Below, in pieces: positions 1-12,650 of a stretch of 64,000 nt of DNA (within the stretch, counting starts at the first letter, position 1; each line of letters opens with the position of its first letter). The position numbers were made by a program, and so were the translations under genes. Origin of the DNA: the human T2T-CHM13v2.0 reference genome, Homo sapiens; assembly GCF_009914755.1 (NCBI RefSeq), contig NC_060934.1. One strand, given 5' to 3'. The notes below the pieces were generated by a model, which had not been told where the DNA came from, ran no database searches, and saw only the letters and a list, made by a program, of their open reading frames with translations.

Positions 1-2163
1 GAAATGAGCTCTAGATGTTTTGGGACTCTGTTTAAATACGTCAAGATACCTTAAAAGTCTCAGAAGCAAAAAGAGAGAAAAAGAGAAAATACTAAATGAA
101 AGATGTAATCTTTTATTTACTCATTATCTGAATCTCCTACCTGTGCTTTCTTTTTTTTTCAATCAGAAAAACTTAGACCATGGACAACAGTAAACAATGA
201 TAAAAACAGCAGAATATTTTTCTGTATAGACTGTTTTCCTTATAATTATTTGAATGCCTTTTAAAATTTTTCGTAATTTTCTGATCATAAAAGTAATGTG
301 TTTATAAAATACATACATGTAAAGATTTTAAAAATCACTTATAACCCCACTCCCATAAAAGAATACTTTGACATTTTGGCCTTCATTCTTTCTCTTCCTA
401 AATATCTGAAAAGGGAAGATCATACCACTTCGCTTTTTAATTATCATGTTCAGTTCTGAATATTAGTTGTTTGTTTATAGTTGGTAGGTGCTTTTGTTTT
501 TCTTAAGGTTTTATTTTGGGTCAAAGTAGCTGGATTTTGTTTTCATTTTCCCTTTGAGCTTTTCACTTATATGATAATATTAGTGTCCTTTTTCTTCTAC
601 TCATCTTCCAATTTTTTTCAATTCATTTTTGCTATTAAAAAATTGTTTCTTTTCCACTCTCGATGTGCATATTCTCATTGGTCCATGCAACTTAATAACT
701 TGAACTAGAATATTTATACTTTGTATTGATGTTTCATGAATACTTTGAATTGGAAGCTGTTATGCATGCCCTTTGTTAACAGGGCTGATTAAATTGGAAT
801 AGCAAGTAGTGATGAGAGAATTGGTGTCTTTCTAAAGATATGTTCAACAGTAATACATGTGTGGTGGTTGACTTGGCACGCCTTCACAGCATTTGAATTT
901 TAGGTTTCTCCCGATTTTTGTGATGACAGTCTGGCATTCTGTTTTAGAACTTAGATGTTTCATTCAGTTGAATCACCAGTAGCTTAAAATTTATGGAATA
1001 ATTATGTTGATTGATTTTAATTGCTCAGCAGAGCCATCTCAAAAAAAAAAATTAAATGTTGGCAAGCTTGATTTATTTACAACCGTGTCATTAATGTCTC
1101 TGAGCATTAGTTAAGTAGGCACTAGATTTCTCTTCCAGATGAGATCTTAAGGCATATAAATTCATGGCATTTGGGTGAGCATATTTGCACTGCTTCTCCT
1201 ATAAACTGATTCTCAATTATTATTAATGTTTGAGAAAAATGTGTTAGTCCATGTGGTAAGCTACCCAGGAAAGTTTTCAAATTTTAAGATACATTTCGTA
1301 AACTGACACTCACAGTACAGGTAAGGTGTCTTCTGATATAATCTCTTTGCCAAAGGTGTTCTTATAAAGTAAACCATTTTATAACCATTTAGAATATTCC
1401 TACGCCTTATCTATAAGAAGTGTCCCTCTACTTAAACTCCTCAAGAGTGTAATTTAATCATACTTGACTTATACGTTGGGCTCGTAATTAAAAATTGGAC
1501 CTTACTGTGTTCTCCATACCGTTTTCAGAGTTCTTCAGGAATCATCTTTGGAAGTAGAATGATGGTATTGTAGCTGAGATCACTTCCTTGGCACCTAAAA
1601 AAAAAAAAAGCTTAAAAGGTTGTGTAGGAGACCCATGGCTAACAGCCTTTTGGGTATGACCATGGTGAAGCAGCCGTGAACCTTGACTTTAGTACTGGTA
1701 TTTAAAACCTTATAAAACACATTTTATTTTTAATAACAGTATTAAGCTCATAGAGAATATTGATAGAAAAGTACTGATAGGGGTTATTGATAATATGGGA
1801 AGATTTGTAATGTTTTTGGCCTTAAAATTTTCTAAATAAATGTGGCCATGAGATGTAATGGACAGTCAAAAAGGGTTAAGGAAAGATTTCAGAAGATACG
1901 TTAAGAAATATAAACATAAAAGCAAATTTAGCTAGGTATATGAGGGACTGGAGAATGGGGGAGGTGGTGGTGGTATGAGTCTAGGAAATACCAAAGCACA
2001 TGGGTGTATCTACAAATAAAGGAAATCAAACAAAATATGAGCCATACATATAATGTCTGCTGTATATGGCATTTAATGAAACTCATACACAGTAGAATTA
2101 ATCTATCTTTCTGAAAAAAGTCAATTTGCTATAAAGGAATATTACCGAGAAAAAGAAAAATGA

Positions 2164-2584
<421 letters not shown>

Positions 2585-3729
2585 AGACTCTTTGGTTCAA
2601 TAGAATACATTATTTTAGTGTACATTAATTTAAAAATTCATTAATTTTGGATTTATTTGAAATTTTAAATCCCAAGTAACTCATTATTGGCGTAATTCTC
2701 TCAGTTCTTGCTTTTATTTCTCTTGTGAGAAATCATAGTAGCTTTGGAACTCACTAGTAATTGTAAAAAGGCTCATTTTTTTTTTTTTCTGTTAGTGCTA
2801 ATATCTTCTGCTTAGCATTTCAAGTGCCTCTTTAAAGAGTTAATGCACTTCATTATTTCGCCTTGAAATGATTTTTAAGTATCTTAGCAAATTGTGAACA
2901 GAACGTCAAGCTCATTTGAATCACAGAAACTTGCCAGCATTTAAAGGCCTTTTTAAGAGGGGGTTATATATCACCATGATAATTTTTTTTTAGTTCATAT
3001 ACAATAATTCTGTTGTATAACTTGAAGGATACATTAGCATTTTCTACTCTGTACTTCGAAAGCATTATTAAATTCTTGGAAATAGTTTGAAAAAGATGCA
3101 CACATGATATATAAAGTGACATAAGGAATTGGAATGATTTCCCACCTTCCCTTTCAACCTTCCCTTACTCCAGTTCTTCCAGTACAAACTACTCACCTCC
3201 ACAGACTGGGGAATAATGGCAAGAGGCATGGACTTTAAACTCAAGTATGAACGACATCCCTGTTGCTTTGGTATTTTTACCCTAAGTGAGTTATTTACCC
3301 CCTCTGAATTTAAATTTCTAAAATCAAACACTATGAGATTTAATAACTGATATGCAGTATTAAATAGATACTTAATGAATGTCTATACTTTTCCTTTTTT
3401 ACAGAGCACAAGGTAGGTGAAAAGGAACAGACAGAAGGGATACAAACTGTGGAGGAGGAGAATCAAAACCACCTAAGTGAATAGTGTTTTGTGTCCATTG
3501 GCTCTATCATGCCTCCTTATCCAGACTGCCATTGGCCTGGCTCACTAGGACTTTCCCTTTCCCTTGAAGGGTAACAATGGCTTCTAGTCTTTTCCCCCTT
3601 ACATCTACCCTGGACATGGATACTGACTTAATCCTATTATTTTCTAACCTTTCTAAAGAGGTTTCTGTTTATATTGCTCACCTTCACTCCCCAAGCTGTG
3701 GTTTTAACCCCCATGGTTCTCCTAGGCAA

Positions 3730-3955
3730 GGGAGTATGGTGGCAGAAACATGGTCATCCAGTCTGGGTTGAAAATTGAATATACTTTGGGCCTTAACAAG
3801 CAGCTTAACTTCTCTAAGCTTCAGTTTCATCATTCATGAAATAGGGATAATAAGGTATATTTCACGGGTAAGGCTTACATCAGGTAATATATGTCAAATG
3901 TGGAGTGTCATTCCAGATAAAATATGTAATCAATAAATCATGAAATCATGATTGT
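3730..3955 (+). mobile_element. MIR SINE remnant
   Basis: Core-like gcttaacttctctaagcttcagtttcatcattcatgaaatagggataata. Confidence 0.65.
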
Positions 3956-4008
3956 TATAATGTCTTCCTGTTCCAGGACAACCATTTTTAATTACCTCAT
4001 AACTTTAG

Positions 4009-4356
<348 letters not shown>

Positions 4357-5394
4357 CCCTGAGCCATTTCTATTTTGGTGCCCTTATGCAGGGGTTTCTT
4401 TCCATTTAATGCCTTCCGTGTAAAATTTCTTTTTACTCCATCTTTGACTATTATACTCACACCTACTTTTAGAAATCCCATTCAACTTCCTCCTCCTTTT
4501 TTCTAGTTCCTTTATTATTTGTATCTCAATCTGAATAGTGGAAATTTCTTCACTAATTTGTCAGGTCTTTATAGGTGTAGACTATGCCTTAATTAACTTT
4601 TTTCCACAATTCCACTTTCCAGTTTTTCACATTTCTCAGGATACTTGTATTGAACCTGGAAGTTGGAGACAATACTTAGGAAATGAAGCGTTCAATGTGT
4701 GACAGGCCTTCAAGGTTGTTGACTTCTTAGAAGCTAAAATGCTGATAGCAAGGCATTCCTTCATCTAAACTATGAAGATTTCTTAGTGATGATATATTTG
4801 GAGTATTCATTACTATTTCATAAGGCTTTATCATACTCTTTTGCAGGGTTTCAAACAATCAGCAGGAAATATCTGCTGAAACCATGATGTTTTCATTTAT
4901 ACACTTAAGTTTTGACACTGCTTTTCAAAGTTTCCCTCCTTTACCTTGACAGTTAGCTAATTTAGAAAACTAATAATCTAAGCAAATTCATAAGGCTTTT
5001 TTTTCTGACACGTGAAAGTGGAGGAGGAGTAGCTGTGAAATAATTACTTCCTAAGCTTTGTTTTTATCTGATTCTACTAGTGACTCTGAAAATATTGTTG
5101 ATGCACGAAATGATAGAGTTGAAGTAAATTTTGATGGATGAGCTGAATTAACTTGCTAATGATATAAAACCTTTACTTGGAGTAGTCTATAGCATGAAAC
5201 AGGATTCACTAATATGGTTTCAACCTGCACTTGCCTTTTTTAATGCCCTTTCATAGGGGATAGTAAATTATCAAGCCCGTGTCCCTTTACCTGAGCCCTA
5301 TTAGCAGTTTCCGCGTAATAAAAGCAATCATTGTCTTTACTAAAGGCCATCGACTTTCTTCCCTGTAATCTCAAAGAGAAATCCCACATTTATT

Positions 5395-5612
5395 TACTTT
5401 TTAAAAGACATTTTATCTTATTTTTAAATTTTGATCTATGTATTTATGCATTTTGGGACCGGGTCATAAGACTGACTAATTTTTGTATTTTTGGTACAGA
5501 AGGGATTGCAACATGTTGCCAAGGCTGGTCTCAAACTCCTAGGCTCAAGCGATCCACTTGCCTCGGCCTCCCAAAGTGCTGGGATTATAGACATAAGCTG
5601 CAGCGCCTGGCC
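5395..5612 (-). mobile_element. AluJ-like element missing most of its right monomer
   Basis: Left arm intact (ctcctaggctcaagcgatcc); 12-bp TSD CCCACATTTATT at 5383-5394 and 5613-5624. Confidence 0.85.
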
Positions 5613-7134
5613 CCCACATTTATTGTCATTGAGCATTTTTAATGTATACTCTGTTTCAATCAAAGTTTTATTGAGCACCTACTATCTCCAAGCCCCCACG
5701 TGAGACTCACCACTTAAGGCAGACTTCCTCTACTAGTTAACCCTAGAGTGCTAAGAATGTGCCCTGTAAACATGTTCTTTAATTTGACTCAACAAAAAAT
5801 TGCTTTTTAAATCTGAATTGTTATGCCTGAGTATTTTTTGCTTTGTACAGAAAGTCACAGTCAGCTTTTTCCTTCTTAGAAATACTTGTGTTGCTGCTGT
5901 TGTTGTTCTGTTAAGTACGTCCAGATTCTATCTGGCAATATTTCTTCTTTCTTTTAAAGATAGAGATAATTAGCACTGATTAGCAAAGAGATATATGTAC
6001 TAATAATCTTAACTAGGTAGTTGCAAAATCCAAAACATTGAATACTAGGGAAATTTGAGCTTCAGGCTGTTCCAGGTTGTTAAGGAATAGGGCCAGAAGT
6101 TTTTTTCAACAAATAGAAAATCTAATACAAGCCTTTTGCTCAACATTTTAAATGAAGTTGAGTTTCTTAATACTGAGGTACCTTTTGGGCCATATTAGTA
6201 AATGCCAATTACCTTTTATTTTTATTTTTTAATAAAGAGTATGCAGTGTCCTGGTTATCCTCTTTACATTCTTGGTTAACTGTAGTTACATTGATAAGTA
6301 TCTGAATCAATTCCTTTGGAGTTCCAATTATTGGGAAGAAACTACTTGGAATTCTTCACAGGATAAGTGATTATCAAGCAAGGTTCCTACCTTGAACATT
6401 TTCTTGTTTTGAATAACAAATCTTCCGCGGAGGGTGGTTAGACAGAACTCATTTGCAGTAAGTGTCTGTGTACCCAGTCTTGGAAATAATTAGATAGCTT
6501 TGTAGCATAGTTTCACAAGCCTCACTCAGTATATGGATTCTTAAATAAACAATAAGAAAGTGATATTATGAAGAAAGACAGCCCACATACAAATCCCCTA
6601 GTATAATAAAAAGTGATTAAAGTCATTGTTCAAGAGAGGCAAGATACTTAAGAATCTACTTATGAGGCTCTACTAAAATGTTATATTGCTACTAAATATC
6701 AGAACATGTTAAATAACATTGTTTGCTTTTGTTATTTTTTGTACGTCATATAAGCTGGCAAAAAGCTTCTTTGGAAACAAAAGGGGCAAGACACTTTCTT
6801 GTCTTTGAGTACTGATTTGAGCTATGAGCTACATTCAGGAATTCTTATTAGGGTCATGTGACATCTTAAATGTGCTATAGTGTAGCAGCTTGCTAACGGT
6901 GTCAACTTATGTTGTTAGCAGCCATTCACACCTGTTGATGCATGGCAAGATAGACTCTCCCCAGCCATAGGCAACAGTTCTCATTAGAACAAGAAGTCTC
7001 TTTTCATCTCTTCATTTTATAAAGATGTTCGTTACCGTCATTTATCAATCTATCCCTCCAATTTCTTGAGGCCCCTCTCCAAAGTGTTTCCGTTCATCTT
7101 GTAATCATTAAGTACAGCATTATAAAATACATTA

Positions 7135-7365
7135 TTATTATTATTTTTGTTTGCGATAAGAACACATACCAGAATATAGTATTGCTAACTGTAGGCACTA
7201 TACTTTACAGTAGCTCTCTGGGACTTCTTCATTTTGTGTAACTGAAACTTATGTCCCCTTTCACTGATACCTCTCCATCCCCCTTTCCCCCATCCCCTGA
7301 CAACTACCATTCCACTCTCTACTTCTGTGAGTTTGACAATTTTAGATTCATCATATAAGTTGTAT
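7135..7365 (-). mobile_element. Old L1 (L1MA/MB-like) 3' UTR fragment
   Basis: ccattccactctctacttctgtgagtttgacaattttagattc, typical antisense L1M 3' end. Confidence 0.7.
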
Positions 7366-7379
7366 CTTGTAAATAAGAG

Positions 7380-7536
7380 AGCAGGATGACTTTTGGAGGT
7401 TATGGATAGGTTTATGGCATAAATGCTGGTGATGGTTTCACAATTGTATACTTACTCCAAAGTCATCAAGTTGCATGTATTAGATATATACAACTTTTAG
7501 TATGTCAGTCTTACCTTAATAAAGTGGCTTTTAAAA
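7380..7536 (+). mobile_element. Old L1 (L1MC/MD-like) 3' terminus
   Basis: ggtgatggtttcacaattgtatac...ttaccttaataaag, typical L1M 3' end with polyA signal. Confidence 0.7.
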
Positions 7537-8544
7537 TACACTAAACTTTGCCAAAGGTTTGATTGGAGTGTGGCATTTCCATTCTTTCTGGCTTTTGAAT
7601 GGCTACATGTGAATAGCCCTCCACCTATTTTGAGTAATCTCAAAATCAAAATAGCTTTTTGGAGGAAAATCTTCCATTCCGTACTATTTGAGTTTCTCAT
7701 TTAAGGACTGGCAAAGCTTTAACTTTTCAAGCGACTGCTGAGTAAGAAAATATTGAGCTTTCTTAGTATACTTTACCATCATTAACAATTTAGGGTTCAT
7801 TGGCTTGAAATAATATTTTGCTTATCTCACAAAAGGATTTTACCTTCTAAATCATTTAACTCAATTCACCAGTGCTTGCTATATTGTCACTCTGTAATTC
7901 CTAATTTCTACAGTGCGGTAGTTATTTTTTCTGAAGGATATTGTCCTTCAAGAGGTGATCTGTTGTCAAATTCCAATTAATATTCAGATTGCCACAGGCT
8001 TTTTTCTCTCTCTTTCACATTTGTTAAAGGGCATCACTAGATCTTGAGAGGGTGTTAAAGAGCATTTGCTAGATGTAAAGAGAGCATACACCAATAACTT
8101 GACTTAGTAGGTTGAAAGGGGAAAAAGCAAAGTGTAGAGTTAAAAGTACGTAAACCTTATAAATACTGCCAAGCCAGTAACACCTGTTCAAGACATTAAA
8201 AGAAAATCTTATAATATTGAGAATGTAAACCCTTAAAGCTTAGAAGTTTTAAGCTTCTGCATCTTGCAATTAAGAAAATAAGAATACATGTTTAAAATAT
8301 GAATATTAATCTGACATATTTCTGCTAGAGGAGATTATATTAATAATTTACCAGGATATTTTGAGTTAGTATTTTTTTGAGTGGGTACTCTTGGTATTTA
8401 ACATTTACTAATATATAAGCATCTTGAAAACCAGAATTGTATTTACAAGTATGAACTCTATAGTCAAATAAATATTAAGTTAGCAATTAGTAAGGGTTAG
8501 AGACAAGATTAAAAAACTCAGTAGGGAGTTGCGGTAGTTGAGGT

Positions 8545-8655
8545 GGATGTGGCCCCCCAGAAGCCCCACCTGGTGATGTTCACACCCTTGTATAATCCCT
8601 TTCCGTTGAGGATGGGCTGGACCTCATGACTTGCTTCTAATTTAGAGAATACAGA
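8545..8655 (+). mobile_element. MLT1-type (ERVL-MaLR) LTR 5' fragment
   Basis: ttcacacccttgtataatccctt...gggctggacctcatgacttgcttctaa. Confidence 0.6.
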
Positions 8656-10094
8656 AAAAGAGAAGGAAGAGCCAGATTACTGAAAATGGGCCAAACAATT
8701 ATTAAGAATATCTTAAGGAGTATGTCTCATCAACGGACAAAAGCTAAGCCAAAAACACCCTGGACAACGAAGCTCGTAATTTATTGGCATATAATTCCTG
8801 AGAGCATATATCTGCCAGATAAAAGTACTGCAATTGGAAACACATCAGAAATCACTTTATGGCAGTTATCCTGAATATATACTCAAAAAGTGTTTTATTT
8901 CAGTTTCTAATGTTTGGAGACTGTAGAGAGATGATGACGAAGAAACAACTGAGGATTTCAACTATGTTAACGTAGTTTTAAAAATAGACAATCAGCTTTT
9001 AAGAAGAAATTCTACCACCATTTATTGAGTGCCTGTTTTCTACTGTATATCGATAATACATGGTTCTAGGATTAAAATGAGACTACATTTTAATCAATAG
9101 AGTCAGTGGAAAAAATAGTCATCATCTAATTCAAATTCTATATGACATGTATGATAAATGCCAAATCAGCTATGGCTGACTGGGTGACTGTGAGTCCAGC
9201 CCTAAATGTGTGAAATATTGACAGGCTGAATGGTTTTCTAAAAATTCATTCTTATAGTTGTCATCCTTCTTTAATATATGGAAGTTGAGCTTTGCATATA
9301 ACATTTTAACGTGACAATTCTCTAGATGTACTTTGGTCATTCTAGGTTTTTAAATGGACTACAAGTTCTAATTCCTAACTAATGCCCTTTAAAGAGCTTT
9401 TGGGTACAAGCTCAATCAATACAACAGTAGAAAGACATTTTAATAAAAGGTTCTTAGCATTGGAAGTGTGAAAACTCATTACATTTCAGGAATTAGATTT
9501 TCTTTCTGAATATAATTGGAATGGAAATATTTTATTTGGCTGATGGCAGCACTATAAACCAGCTCCGTAGTAGACTTTGACATCTATATTTACTACTAGA
9601 TGATGTTTGTGCAGACCTTTAATTTGGCTTGAAATGTAATCATGCCTAGATGTGTTTAACTAGGATCCTAATCTTTGAATCTACTATCCAATACTAAGTA
9701 GAATGTGAACGCTATGTGGCATTAAAAATTTAAACACACACACACATCATCTAGACAAACTAGATAATAAAACTATTTAACTGGGAGCCCCGCAGAGGGC
9801 TTTTGGTAGCTTAGATCTAGACTGGCTCTCTGCGTCCACCTTTTCTCTTGTTATCCCAGGGATTCAGGCTGCATTCTTCCTCTACTATTCATCCGTTTCA
9901 GGTTTTCTCTCTGATATGTCAAGAGTGGACTACAATCTCTTGTTTCCATCTCAGACAACAAGCACACAGGCCCTCTTCTTCTAGGATATTTCTACTAATC
10001 ACTAAAGGAAAGTGGGATACTAAAACAAGACAAAACAAAAAAACTGCCGTTGGCAGGATGTCAAGGTATTAGAGTCATTCTGCTAACTCTGTAG

Positions 10095-10900
10095 TTAGCA
10101 ACATACATTGAAAAATTATTTGAATGTCTTTCTAGGCATTTTGCTAGGCATTGAATATACAGAGATAAGAAACAGCTAGCCTTCAAAGACTTCACCATAG
10201 AATGTAAATAACACAGCAATTACAGCCCAATGTGATAAGGGTACAATAGAAAAGAAGAAAATATATGCTATCACAGGAACACAGAAGGTGGGAAATGATT
10301 AATCTGTAGGCAGACGGGACAGGCATGCCAGGTAGAGGAATTAGCATGAGCAGAAACATACAGGCAAGAAAGAACAGAATGAATTTTGGGATTTGAAGAC
10401 CCCATGTTGAGCAATGAGGCACAGTGGGTAGGCATGAACTGCGAGATCACTGGTTCTCAAAATGTATTCCCCCAACTAGCAGCATCAGCATCACCTGGAA
10501 ATTTATCAGAAATGCCAATTATCAGACCCCACCCAAGACTCCTGATTCAAAAAGGGTGATTTAACTAGCCTTTCAGGCACTTCTGATCCACACTAAAGTT
10601 GGAAAACCACTGTTCTAGATTATGTCACAGCTATAGACTGAAGTTCTTATTTTAAAGCCAATAGATTTTAAACAGGAAAATGACATGTGTTGGATTTGAT
10701 ATTTTTATATCAAAAGAGCTGTCTGAAAGCAATGTGGAGAATAAATTAGTGCACATGTGATGAGAGGTGAGGGAATGGGATGGAGGGTAGGGAACAAAAT
10801 TGGATGATGCTTAATAGGCTGTTGCAGTAATTCAGGTGAAAATAATAGGACATGAACTGAAGAGCTGTGATGAATAAGGATTTGAAAAATATTCAATAGC
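10095..10900 (-). mobile_element. L2 LINE remnant interrupted by MER5A
   Basis: Degenerate L2-like blocks (aggcattttgctaggcattg; aggctgttgcagtaattcaggtga). Confidence 0.6.
10448..10612. mobile_element. MER5A hAT-Charlie MITE
   Basis: Termini cactggttctcaaa / ggaaaaccactg; internal gcagcatcagcatcacctgg. Confidence 0.85.
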
Positions 10901-12199
10901 TAGTCATTTTCAGATTATTAAGAATGTTCTATGACCTGTTTACTATAGTTCAACTGAATGTGGACTCACTTATCATCACTACCCCTCTTCCTATCTTTTG
11001 GCCCCACTTTTAGGGATGGCCACTGGAAACTTTTCTTTGAAGAACACTTAAAATGTAAGTGTTCCTCCCATACAAGTGATCAGTTTCATTTCTAAACAAG
11101 ATGAAACAGTTGTTTAGGTATTTGTCTCTGGTATCCAGACACAATTATATCAGAGTATTTCCTCTGGTCTTGAATCAGAATTCCCTTTACAGCTCTGACT
11201 GATTTGAACAAAGTTACATGTATAGCAGAGAGGATTTTCTTTATGGTGTAAGCAATAATTTTATTATTTTTCTGACTAAAATAAAAACAAATAGGAAATT
11301 ATTTACCAATTCTTCTGGTGATTCCACATTTGTGGTTCTTGCATTTATAGGTAAACACTTATTTATTACATTTACTAATATGTATTTAGCACGTACTATA
11401 ATGCAGCAACATAAGTGAAAATTATCTCATGCATACTTTAAATATGTAATACCAGATTAGGATGATGATGAAACAGGATTCAAGAATCACTGTGTTCTCA
11501 ACATCTATTGAACTCTCTTATGCATCAGTCTCTTTGTTCAGTACTTTACATGCATTATTACTTAATCCTCAAAGCTCATACTAGTGTTTTTTATTTCAAT
11601 AAAGATTTGAGATTATAGAGGTTAACTAGCCTGTCACTCCTAATAAGGAGCTGAGACTATTTGAGCTTCAGAACAGTGTGACAAGAAAGCAAAGAGAAAT
11701 ACTGTCCGTTTTTCATAGATCGTTCTGAAAAAGAACTTCAAGACCATGTTAATACAGGTGCAGAGAGATATGAGCTCTCACATATTCTTGGTGTGAATAT
11801 AAGGTGATATAGTTTTTCAGGAAAGCAACCGGGCTATATCTATCTAGATGGAAGCATAAAAGTGTCCATATTGTTTGATTTAGAAACCTCATTTCTGGGA
11901 TTTCTAGGAAACTAGTTTATGGAAATAATTTGAGATGCATCAAAGAAACATGTATTCTGATGTTTTTCAGAAACACTTGAAATGGAAGAAAGGGTTTGGA
12001 TAGAAAGGAACACCCCAATATGAAAAGTGAGGCCCTACATCAGTGGCATCATGGGACTCCTTCTAGGTGATTTCATAGAACTAGGTTCTCACTTTTCATG
12101 TTGGCGTGCTTCTGCCTATCCAAACCCTTGAGATCCAGGAAGACTTTGATATGTATAATAGGGTCATTAAGTCAAGGATAAATCTGATGAATCTCCTTG

Positions 12200-12223
12200 A
12201 ATCATCAACTTAAGTTGATGATT
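12200..12223. repeat. Perfect 24-bp palindrome AATCATCAACTT|AAGTTGATGATT
   Basis: Arms are exact reverse complements with no spacer. Confidence 0.95.
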
Positions 12224-12509
12224 TGGAGTGAGGTTGATTTTATATTACACATAGATGTTGTATTAGTAGAATTAGGAAGTATATAAATGTTATGACAAAG
12301 TGATGGACTTCAAAAAACTTTCCAACCACTTTGAGATACACTACTGTCAGACCTCCTAAAGGAATTTTCTCTCCTTTGCTATTAAGCATGGCAGATACCT
12401 CAGATGGAAAATTTGACAGGTGTGAATTTAAATGAATAAATGTTGTTATTAATAAAACAATAACATTTCCAAGAATTAAAAAGTAGAGTTATAAAAATAA
12501 TACCTACGG

Positions 12510-12650
12510 AAGCCACAGAGTCATCAAACCCATTTGACAGATGAAGGAGCTGAGAGCTAGGGAAAGTCAGTGACTTATTCAAGGCGTTAAAAATGGTTCA
12601 GAGCATGACTATAACCACTACTTGGATCTCCATATACTCAGTACTTTGTT
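12510..12650 (-). mobile_element. MIR remnant
   Basis: ccatttgacagatgaaggagctgag...agtgacttattcaagg. Confidence 0.6.

Noticed and set aside
6853-6862. GTCATGTGAC M-box/CLEAR-like site
   Set aside because: An isolated 10-mer without supporting context
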